Shown: one piece after another, positions 18,764 through 26,423 of the stretch
How the letters are laid out: each line of letters opens with the position of its first letter
Numbering within the stretch: the first letter of the stretch is position 1
From: a bacterium
GTDB lineage: Bacteria; Patescibacteriota; Minisyncoccia; Sungbacterales; SURF-37
Direction of reading: 5' to 3'
Length of the DNA stretch: 47,620 bases
Assembly: GCA_030648055.1 (NCBI GenBank)
Contig: JAUSHI010000007.1
Location: forward strand, 1-47,620
Notes under the pieces: generated by a model
Seen by the model: the letters and a program-made list of their open reading frames with translations, nothing else
What the model was told of the DNA's origin: nothing
The model's database searches: none
Position numbers and translations under genes: made by a program

Positions 18764-20068
18764 TTATTTTTTCAACGCCGCTTCGGTATAAACATTGCTC
18801 GCGTTCCATAAAAGCCAGCCAGAAGAACCCGCGTCTTCGGAAGCCTTTATCTGTGCCCGCACTTTTAGAGCGTCGTAATAAATTCCCCTGTTGGTATCAG
18901 CACCAAGATTAAAATCCTGGAGCCACGGCCGGAGCTTTGCGTTTGACACGGGTCTAATTTCTTTCGGCGTTTCAGCGGCGGTAGTCGTCGCGTTTGTATT
19001 GTTTTTTGTCGTGGTTGCCTTATTGAAAACATCTTTACCCGCTAAAAAATCTTTAGCGACAAGCAAAGAACGATAAACTATGTCATAGGGCTGATTGGAC
19101 GCAACAATCGCGATATTTTTTGAGCGATACGGATACGCGAGAGCCGCCAATCCTCTATCAGTGTCGGAATCCATATAAAAGCCGTTGTAATAATGGCTCG
19201 GATAAACCATAAACGATATAAAATCAAAAGAATTACCTAAATCCTCCATCCTCTGCCCCACGCCAAGATCGCTTTTCTGTATCGCGACATAACCAAAAAG
19301 ATCCGCCGAAAGAATAATTTCCGGTTTATATGCTTTCAATTCATGGTTTATATATTGAAAGAATCCGCCGAGCGCTTCATATTTTTGCTGTTCCTTCGGC
19401 TTAAACACCGGATAAATTATATTCTTTACATCGCCATCGGACGGAAAACGAATATAATCAAATTGAATTTCATCAAAACCGTAATCTATGGCTTTTTTCG
19501 CGACTCCGGCCAGATATTCTCTGGCGTCCTGGCTTGCCGGATCCAGCCACGCATTTCTTCTGTTATCAAGCCACAACGAACCGTTTGAGCGCTTAAGCGC
19601 AATTTCCGGATGAGTTTTGGCGGCAACCGTATCGTTAAACGCTACAAGTCTGGCGATGGCCCAAGTGTTTTTTTGATGAAATTCGGAAATTAAATCTTTT
19701 AACGATTCCGGTAAAAATATGCCATCAGTTTCTTTAACATCAATCACAACGGCGTTTAATTCCGTCGCGTCAATCAAACTCAAAAGAGAATCCCGCAAAC
19801 GAGTCGCCGGCCGCCCTTTGTCATTGGCAACAGCCGCGGTCATATAAACACCCTTTGCCTGCTCGGCCCGCTCGTGGGCATCTTTAACGCGCTCTTCAAG
19901 AGTTTTTCCTTTGATTTCATTTTTATCTCCGGCAATCGTTATTATATTCTGACTTGCGGAAGAATTTATAAATTTTTTAGCCAGAGAAGCTGTGCCAAAA
20001 ACTGCCGCCGCCGAAAACAACAAAATACCCGCCCCCCCGACAATTTTTACCATCAAATTTGACGCCAT
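18764..20068 (-). CDS. putative glycoside hydrolase (DUF4015-like)
   Basis: N-terminal TM; LNAVVIDVKE, GFDEIQFDYIRFPSDG, RPWLQDF; start uncertain (ORF track 20083). Confidence 0.75.
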   Translation of the reverse strand: MASNLMVKIVGGAGILLFSAAAVFGTASLAKKFINSSASQNIITIAGDKNEIKGKTLEERVKDAHERAEQAKGVYMTAAVANDKGRPATRLRDSLLSLIDATELNAVVIDVKETDGIFLPESLKDLISEFHQKNTWAIARLVAFNDTVAAKTHPEIALKRSNGSLWLDNRRNAWLDPASQDAREYLAGVAKKAIDYGFDEIQFDYIRFPSDGDVKNIIYPVFKPKEQQKYEALGGFFQYINHELKAYKPEIILSADLFGYVAIQKSDLGVGQRMEDLGNSFDFISFMVYPSHYYNGFYMDSDTDRGLAALAYPYRSKNIAIVASNQPYDIVYRSLLVAKDFLAGKDVFNKATTTKNNTNATTTAAETPKEIRPVSNAKLRPWLQDFNLGADTNRGIYYDALKVRAQIKASEDAGSSGWLLWNASNVYTEAALKK

Positions 20069-20107
20069 AGCCCAATAATGCACATTTTAACCTATTTTTT
20101 CAATTCT

Positions 20108-20872
20108 TTAGCGGTAACCTGGCACGGGACGACTAACCACAATCATGGCCTTTTTGCCGTCCAAAATATTTTTCTCCGATCCGGTCCAATCATGTATCGC
20201 CCTAAAAAGATTTTCATAGCCGTAACGAAAGCCATCGCCCCGCCTTGTTCCGGGCTCGTTGGTAATAAATTCTTGAACTTTATCATCATACCCACGGACC
20301 ACAACCATATGAAATGGCGGAGGAGTTGTAAAATAAGGATTTTTCAAAAGCGCTCCGGCCAAGGGCAAAACAACAATATTACCGCTCGCTAATTCTTTTT
20401 TAATAGCTTCAACGCTTATTCCTTCACTGCGAACTTCAACATTTTTATAATGATAAAACTCTTTTAAAATACGCGCGGTATCCGCGGCGTTCGTGTCGCG
20501 ATGATAATCAAAAGTCCGGCGTTCAAAAGCGACTTGGTTTAAAATCTCGTCTCGGACAAGTTCGGGGGCAAAAGCAGACCATCCGCGCGCCCAAGCTACC
20601 GCCATCATTACCGAAACCTCCTCGCAGGCATCCTGCCAGGGCTGACTCCAATCTCCAAACGGGGCCTGGGAAGAAAATGGCACCGCAATATTAATATAAG
20701 AAGGTGGAGAATCTTCCTTTTTTTCAGTAGCCATCGCGGCCAAAGGAGCCGTTTCGTTTGTTTCCAGATTTAAAAAACTATTTACTTCATCTTCGTAAAT
20801 TAAAAAAACCGAGAAAAAAAACACGGCAAAAATAATGGCACCCGATATAATTTTGTTTATTTGTTTGGCCAT
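20108..20872 (-). CDS. C39-like peptidase family protein
   Basis: VPFSSQAPFGDW, DACEE (Cys), HMVVVRGYD (His). Confidence 0.75.
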   Translation of the reverse strand: MAKQINKIISGAIIFAVFFFSVFLIYEDEVNSFLNLETNETAPLAAMATEKKEDSPPSYINIAVPFSSQAPFGDWSQPWQDACEEVSVMMAVAWARGWSAFAPELVRDEILNQVAFERRTFDYHRDTNAADTARILKEFYHYKNVEVRSEGISVEAIKKELASGNIVVLPLAGALLKNPYFTTPPPFHMVVVRGYDDKVQEFITNEPGTRRGDGFRYGYENLFRAIHDWTGSEKNILDGKKAMIVVSRPVPGYR

Positions 20873-21042
20873 TTGGAATTCCTTTCAAGCATATCTCAAC
20901 TTTCCAAATTTCTAAAGAGGGCGTAGCACCCTTAACGACTTTTTTGTGAATGCTCTTCCTTTTTGCTACAATTTTAAAATGGACACAGAAAAGATTTGAT
21001 ATGTTGTGCTGTTTAGCAATTCAGCCGCTTGCAGAAAAAATT

Positions 21043-21462
21043 ATGGAAAAAATACATAAAACGGAGAAAGAATGGAAAAAAATTCTTGCGCCGGAACAAT
21101 ACCGGATTATGCGGCGGAAAGAAACCGAACCGGCTTTTACATGCCCTATACAAGAATTTAAAACCGGCGGCACTTATCACTGCGCCGCTTGTAATCTGCC
21201 ATTATTCCGAACGGATGCAAAATTTGAATCCGGCACCGGCTGGCCAAGCTATTACAAACCGGTGAACCCTGAAAACACTGAAGAGCGTCCCGATAATTCT
21301 TTGGGTATGCGCCGCACCGAAGTTATTTGCGCGAAATGCAAGTCGCATTTGGGGCATGTTTTTGATGATGGCCCGCCGCCAACTGGCAAGAGATATTGCA
21401 TAAATTCAATCGCGCTGAATTTCAAGCCGGATAAATCCTTCGACCCCGCTCAGGATAAATAG
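21043..21462 (+). CDS. msrB: peptide-methionine (R)-S-oxide reductase
   Basis: CAAC..LF..KFESGTGWPS, CAKCKSHLGHVFDDGP, RYCINS; start ATG 21043. Confidence 0.95.
   Translation: MEKIHKTEKEWKKILAPEQYRIMRRKETEPAFTCPIQEFKTGGTYHCAACNLPLFRTDAKFESGTGWPSYYKPVNPENTEERPDNSLGMRRTEVICAKCKSHLGHVFDDGPPPTGKRYCINSIALNFKPDKSFDPAQDK
21436..21458 (+). repeat. CTTCGAC..GCTCAGG-type short repeat encoding the MsrB C-terminus
   Basis: TCCTTCGACCCCGCTCAGGATAA resembles 24700-24748. Confidence 0.4.
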
Positions 21463-21475
21463 ATAAATTCCGAAC

Positions 21476-22036
21476 ATGGATAATCAAACAAAAAAAGTAG
21501 AATCAGTCGCTTTTGGCGGCGGATGTTTTTGGTGTACTGAAGCCGTCTTTCTGGAATTAAAAGGGGTCGCTGCCGTAACTCCAGGTTATGCCGGCGGAGA
21601 AACCCCTAACCCAACCTACGAACAAGTTTCTTCGGGTAAAACGGGACATGCCGAAGTAATTCTGGTTGAATATGATCCGCAAATTATTTCTTTCGGGAAA
21701 TTGCTTGAAGTATTTTTTGACAGCCACGACCCAACCGCCTTGAACCGCCAGGGAAACGATATAGGAACCCAATATCGTTCAATTCTTCTCTATACTTCTG
21801 ACAAAGCGCAAAAAGGGGCGGAAAATTATATTAAAAAACTCGCTGACTCTAAAAAATACTCAAACCCGCTTGTAACCGAGCTTGTTCCGCTACAAAAATT
21901 TTATCCAGCCGGTGAATATCACAAGGAATTTTACGCAAGACATCCTAATGAGACATATTCCGAAGCTGTTATAAAACCGAAGCTTAAAAAAATCCACGAA
22001 AAATACCCGGAACTTTTAAAACTCGTGGAAAAATAG
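21476..22036 (+). CDS. msrA: peptide-methionine (S)-S-oxide reductase
   Basis: GGGCFWCTEA, GHAEV, DIGTQYRS. Confidence 0.95.
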   Translation: MDNQTKKVESVAFGGGCFWCTEAVFLELKGVAAVTPGYAGGETPNPTYEQVSSGKTGHAEVILVEYDPQIISFGKLLEVFFDSHDPTALNRQGNDIGTQYRSILLYTSDKAQKGAENYIKKLADSKKYSNPLVTELVPLQKFYPAGEYHKEFYARHPNETYSEAVIKPKLKKIHEKYPELLKLVEK

Positions 22037-22104
22037 CAAACACCTTGAGCCGGGCTGAAGGATTGCCTTCCTTTGCCGAAATTGATAATCTCAAATCAAC
22101 AGCC

Positions 22105-22752
22105 ATGTTAGACAAAACCCTTGAACAATTGTTTGAATCAACGGCAAAAATACGCACTTTGCGGTTATTTTTGATGAACCCGGATAACGCGTTTACGGCT
22201 GACGAGGCCAAAAAACATACGCGGCTTTCAGGCAGGCAGTTTAAAAATGAACTCAATAAGCTGATGAAAATCGGCCTTGTGGCTACACGAATTGACCGCT
22301 TTACATTTGAAATGCCCGGAAGAATAAAGAAAGGCCGCAAAAAAGCGTTAAAACTAAAAATAAAAATATCCAGAAAAAAGGTGTTTTTTGCCGATAAAAC
22401 TTTTCTCCTCTATCCGGAACTGCGAAGTTTGGTGTTTAAGATGGCGCCGGACGGACGGGGCGCGCTTCTTTCAAAAATCAAAAAACTTGGCGACATAAAA
22501 CTCGCGCTCGTTTCCGGAGTATTCACGGATACCGACTCCGCGAGAGCCGACTTAGTCCTTGTCGGCGACAAACTAAAAAAAGAAAGAATTTCCAAATTCT
22601 TCAGGGGTCTCCAGGCAGAGGTAGGTAAAGAATTAAATTATGCGGTCATGACTTCGCAGGAATTTAACTATCGCTTCAACATGCAAGACAGGTTTATCCG
22701 CGATGTTCTGGATTTCCCTCACGAAAAACTCATCAACAAGCTCGGCATTTAG
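22105..22752 (+). CDS. wHTH plus degenerate nucleotidyltransferase-fold protein (conserved hypothetical)
   Basis: LEQLFESTAKIRTLRLFL wHTH start; SGVF..ADLVLVG; start ATG 22105. Confidence 0.6.
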   Translation: MLDKTLEQLFESTAKIRTLRLFLMNPDNAFTADEAKKHTRLSGRQFKNELNKLMKIGLVATRIDRFTFEMPGRIKKGRKKALKLKIKISRKKVFFADKTFLLYPELRSLVFKMAPDGRGALLSKIKKLGDIKLALVSGVFTDTDSARADLVLVGDKLKKERISKFFRGLQAEVGKELNYAVMTSQEFNYRFNMQDRFIRDVLDFPHEKLINKLGI

Positions 22753-22755
22753 CTC

Positions 22756-23012
22756 GGGCGCATAGCTCAGTTGGTTAGAGCGTTGTCCCGATTTTGCTCC
22801 CGCACTTTGCGGGACTGCAAAATCGATGATCCACGACGGCTAAGCCGTCGGAACATTTTCACCCTACTACCTTCTACGGGCACTTAGCTCAGTGGTAGAG
22901 CGTTGCATTCACATTGCAAAGGCCATAGGTTCAATCCCTATAGTGCCCAAAACAAAAAGGTGGGAGGGCGCGGGCATTGCAAAGGTCTCTGGTTCGAATC
23001 CAGATGCGCCCA
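22756..23012 (+). tRNA. Val-type tRNA split by a 189-nt insert (interrupted tRNA or pseudogene)
   Basis: 5' half 22756-22785 (GGGCGCA..D arm..TTG); 3' half 22975-23012 (CATTGCAA..T arm..TGCGCCCA); 7/7 acceptor pairing between halves. Confidence 0.8.
22878..22949 (+). tRNA. tRNA-Val(CAC), nested inside the split tRNA
   Basis: GGGCACT/AGTGCCC acceptor, TTGCA-TTCACAT-TGCAA anticodon arm, GGTTCAATCC T arm. Confidence 0.93.
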
Positions 23013-23021
23013 TCAAAACAT

Positions 23022-23050
23022 AAAATCCCGCCGCAAAGCAGGATTTTGTT
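23022..23050 (+). terminator. terminator after tRNA locus
   Basis: AAAATCC(C)GC..GCAGGATTTTGTT hairpin. Confidence 0.55.
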
Positions 23051-23187
23051 GTTATTACAACACCATTTTTGTTTAATTCGTCAATATAGAAATTTCTGGA
23101 GAATATGTTTAAATAGGGAAACTGCGGGTAAGCAGCAAATAACGGTCTGATTTTAATGCTATACGGACTCGTAATTTTACGGCAAAC

Positions 23188-23799
23188 ATGGCAAGACGCA
23201 AAAAAGAATATCTTAGCCTCGGCGATAACGCCGAGGCACCAAAACCCGAACAATTAGACGACGAAACAGTTTTAGAACTCTCCAAAGACAAACCGGAGTT
23301 TTTTGGCATGCTCGTTGACCGCTATGAAGCGTCTTTCATAAGAGTCGCCCAGAGAATTGTGCGAAGTCCGGAAGAAGCCGAGGACGTTGTGCAGGAAGCG
23401 CTCGTAAAAATATATAGATTTGCCAATCATTTTGACAGAAAACAAGCGCGTTTCAAATCCTGGGCTTATAAAATCGTGGTCAATGTGGCCATAACCCATT
23501 ACAACAAGAAAAAACACGACGCCATGCTTATACCGGAAGATTACGACCCGACCGTTGTTGAGGCCCATCGCAACCACCAATCGGAAGAAAGAAACCGAGG
23601 ATTGGAAAGCGTTATTGCCTCCGCGCTTGAGGAATTGCCTGAAGACCTCAATTCTTTGTTGAAATCCTATTATTTGGAAGACAAATCCTACAAAGCCATA
23701 GCCACAAACGAGGGGCTATCAATAGGCGCTTTAAAAATGAAACTTTTTAGGGCTAGAAAGGGTCTTAAAAAGGTACTGGAAGACAGAAAAGAGGCCTAA
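23188..23799 (+). CDS. ECF-type sigma-70 factor
   Basis: region 2 AEDVVQEALVKIY..FKSWAYKIVVN; region 4 SYKAIA..SIGALKMKLFRARKGLK. Confidence 0.9.
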   Translation: MARRKKEYLSLGDNAEAPKPEQLDDETVLELSKDKPEFFGMLVDRYEASFIRVAQRIVRSPEEAEDVVQEALVKIYRFANHFDRKQARFKSWAYKIVVNVAITHYNKKKHDAMLIPEDYDPTVVEAHRNHQSEERNRGLESVIASALEELPEDLNSLLKSYYLEDKSYKAIATNEGLSIGALKMKLFRARKGLKKVLEDRKEA

Positions 23800-23852
23800 C
23801 CCTACGGCTTGCAAACCAAGTCATAAGCCAAGGAGTAATAATAAGTACAGAT

Positions 23853-24197
23853 ATGCAAAACACACTAAAAAAGCGCGTAATGCGGAGGGTTTACACGGTT
23901 TGGTTTATCAGAAAAGCCACGCCGGCGGCGGGAGAACTTGCCGGTTTTGGGCTCTTCATTAATTGGGGGCTAAAATACGTATCGCCTGAAAACATTCTTA
24001 TTAACGCCTTTTCAGCGTCGGACGGACTTAATACTTTCGCGATGTTTTTTGTCCGAGCGTTCATGCACCTTTCCGATCCGTCAAAATTCGCATTAGTCTT
24101 GGGCGCGATATTCGGAATCATTGTTGTTCGCGATGTCTGGACTCAACTAAATCGTCTTATTTCCATCCGCCAGAAACTCGTTATCCCTTCATATTAA
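23853..24197 (+). CDS. membrane protein, candidate anti-sigma partner
   Basis: directly downstream of sigma factor, AAGGAG RBS region, LKKRVMRRV then hydrophobic segments. Confidence 0.55.
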   Translation: MQNTLKKRVMRRVYTVWFIRKATPAAGELAGFGLFINWGLKYVSPENILINAFSASDGLNTFAMFFVRAFMHLSDPSKFALVLGAIFGIIVVRDVWTQLNRLISIRQKLVIPSY

Positions 24198-24290
24198 TCA
24201 TATTCAACTGAACAAAAAATAAACGCCGACCGACGCACCTGTCTGCAAAGACACGCAAACAAAATAGCAAAGGCCGCGTTTTAAAAAATG

Positions 24291-24323
24291 CAAAACCCCC
24301 GCCGATTGGCGGCGGTTTTGTTT
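24291..24323 (+). terminator. intrinsic terminator
   Basis: CAAAACC-CCGCC-GATT-GGCGG-C-GGTTTTG-TTT. Confidence 0.6.
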
Positions 24324-24351
24324 ATATGGCAAAAATACGCCAAAAACAAAC

Positions 24352-24385
24352 AGCCAACTAACAAGCGACCGCTTGCTAGTTGGCT
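24352..24385 (+). repeat. AAGCGACCGCTT palindrome copy 1 (variant arms)
   Basis: AGCCAACTAACAAGCG-AC-CGCTTGCTAGTTGGCT. Confidence 0.85.
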
Positions 24386-24438
24386 CTTTCCAAATGAACA
24401 TAAAATAGCGAGGGTAAACACCGCTTTCTATTGCGGGG

Positions 24439-24467
24439 TAGACAAAAAAACCAAAGAGCTGTATACT
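24439..24467 (+). promoter_or_regulatory. promoter upstream of rny leader
   Basis: TAGACA-17 nt-TATACT. Confidence 0.55.
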
Positions 24468-24699
24468 TAGGTATAATTTATTGTAATTGAGTCATAATCC
24501 GCCTTTTGGGGCAAAAACCCAAAACAAGCTAAAGATTTAAACTTAAGCGGGAAACCACGATTTCTAGTAAAGTCACCTATTAAGAACGATTAGAACCCAC
24601 ACTACTACTAAATGTCTTTCAACTTTTTAAAGAATTTAGAAATATATGTGAAGATGGACCGAAAGGTCTTCGGTAATTTGGCGTTCGCGTTGTCTCTTT

Positions 24700-24748
24700 A
24701 ACCCCTCGACGGGCTCGGGGTTAGTCCTTAGCGAAATCGAAGGGCTAA
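24700..24748. repeat. REP-like double hairpin in rny leader
   Basis: AACCCCTCGACGGGCTCGGGGTT followed by AGTCCTTAGCGAAATCGAAGGGCT. Confidence 0.5.
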
Positions 24749-24789
24749 ACAAAGCTTCCTAAAAATCTCATACTTCCCGCTGTTAAAAT

Positions 24790-26316
24790 ATGTCAACAGC
24801 TATTTTTCTATTTATTGTTCTCTCGCTTGGCGCCGGAATAGGCATCGGCTACATTATCCGCCAGCTTATAGCGCAAAAGCGCAAAAACTCAATTGAGGCC
24901 AGACTCAAAAAACTGGTTGAGGACGCAAAGCGCGAAGCGCAGGAAGTCACCCTTGAATCAAAAAATAAGGCGGTAAAAATTCTTGAGGAAGCCCAAAAAG
25001 AATCCAGAACCCTGACCGACGACCTTAGAAAGGCAGAAAGCCGCGTGAGATCGCGCGAAGAAGTACTGGATAAAAGGTTTTTTGAACTTGATGAGCGTCA
25101 AAAAGAACTTGAAACCAAAGTTGAGCGCGTTAAAAGCGTAAAAACCGAAATTGAAATACTGAAAGAAGAGGCCTCTAAAAAACTGGAAACTGTGGCCGGA
25201 ATGACCAGAGAAGACGCCAAAACCGCGCTTATTAAGAATATGGAAAAGGAATCAGGCGAAGACATGATGGTCCGCCTGCGCAAACTTGAAACCAGCGGCC
25301 TTGAGGAACTGGAAAGAAAAGCCAAAGACATCCTTGCCTCAATAATTCAGCGCCTCGCCACAAGCACCACTTCTGAAGTAACCACGACTTCGGTCAACAT
25401 CACCTCGGACGACCTCAAGGGAAAAATTATTGGACGCGAAGGAAGAAATATCCGCGCTTTTGAACGCGCGGCGGGCGTTGAAATCATAGTTGATGATACG
25501 CCGGGTGCCATAATTATTTCCGGCTTTGATCCGGTACGTCGGCACATCGCGAAGCTCGCGATGGAAAATTTGATTGCCGATGGGAGAATACAACCGGCGC
25601 GCATTGAAGAGTTCGTAGAAAAAGCCAAAATAGACATAGACAAGCAAATCCGTGAGGCAGGCAAAGCCGCGGCGTATGAAATCGGCGCTTTTGATATTGA
25701 TGAACGGCTTTTGAACCTCATCGGCCGCCTTAAATTCCGGACCAGTTACGGACAAAACGTGCTTCTCCACTCGGTAGAAATGGCCCATATTGCCGGAATG
25801 CTTGCCGAAGAACTCGGCGCGGACAAAGCCATCGCCCAGAAAGGAGCGCTCATCCACGACATCGGCAAAGCCGTTGACCACGAAGTGCAAGGCACCCATG
25901 TAGAAATCGGAAGAAAAATTCTGCAAAAATTCGCGGTTGATAACCGCCTCATCCAAGCCATGCAATCGCACCACGAGGAATATCCATACGAAACTCTTGA
26001 ATCAATTATAGTGCAGGTCGCTGATGCCGTATCCGCCTCGCGGCCCGGAGCCCGCCGAGACAGTGTTGAAAACTATTTGAAGCGCCTGCAAGATCTTGAA
26101 GCCATAGCCAACTCTTTTGACGGCGTTGAAAAGTCATACGCCATTCAAGCCGGACGCGAAATACGCGTGTTCGTAACGCCTGAAAAGATAGGCGACATGG
26201 AAGCAAGAAACCTGGCGCGCCAAATCGCTTTAAGAGTTGAAAATGAATTGAAATATCCGGGTGAAATTAAAGTACACGTCATAAGAGAAACGAGAGTGAT
26301 TGATTTTGCCAGGTAG
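24790..26316 (+). CDS. rny: ribonuclease Y
   Basis: N-terminal TM, coiled coil, KH KGKIIGREGRNIR, HD domain LIHDIGK, FRTSYGQNVL. Confidence 0.98.
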   Translation: MSTAIFLFIVLSLGAGIGIGYIIRQLIAQKRKNSIEARLKKLVEDAKREAQEVTLESKNKAVKILEEAQKESRTLTDDLRKAESRVRSREEVLDKRFFELDERQKELETKVERVKSVKTEIEILKEEASKKLETVAGMTREDAKTALIKNMEKESGEDMMVRLRKLETSGLEELERKAKDILASIIQRLATSTTSEVTTTSVNITSDDLKGKIIGREGRNIRAFERAAGVEIIVDDTPGAIIISGFDPVRRHIAKLAMENLIADGRIQPARIEEFVEKAKIDIDKQIREAGKAAAYEIGAFDIDERLLNLIGRLKFRTSYGQNVLLHSVEMAHIAGMLAEELGADKAIAQKGALIHDIGKAVDHEVQGTHVEIGRKILQKFAVDNRLIQAMQSHHEEYPYETLESIIVQVADAVSASRPGARRDSVENYLKRLQDLEAIANSFDGVEKSYAIQAGREIRVFVTPEKIGDMEARNLARQIALRVENELKYPGEIKVHVIRETRVIDFAR

Positions 26317-26356
26317 AAAAAATAAGTAGGCAAAATAAACAAACAAGTAGCCAAAT

Positions 26357-26402
26357 CAAAAGTTCCAAATAAAAAGCGACCGCTTGCTATTTGGAACTTT
26401 TG
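26357..26402 (+). repeat. AAGCGACCGCTT palindrome copy 2
   Basis: CAAAAGTTCCAAATAAAAAGCG-AC-CGCTTGCTATTTGGAACTTTTG. Confidence 0.9.
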
Positions 26403-26423
26403 AAAAACGAACCGAATCAACAC

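Noticed and set aside
22786-22974. Group I intron or archaeal BHB intron as the explanation of the tRNA insert
   Set aside because: Only about 115 nt remain outside the inner tRNA, no P7/R/S core recognisable, the 5' exon would not end in U, and no bulge-helix-bulge was seen at the junctions
22756-23012. attL/attR scars of an integrative element
   Set aside because: The outer halves are not copies of the inner tRNA (different acceptor and T stems) and pair with each other; no integrase nearby
22909-23253. 114-aa minus-strand ORF
   Set aside because: Antisense translation of tRNA sequence (GASGFEPETFAM, GTIGIEPMAFAM)
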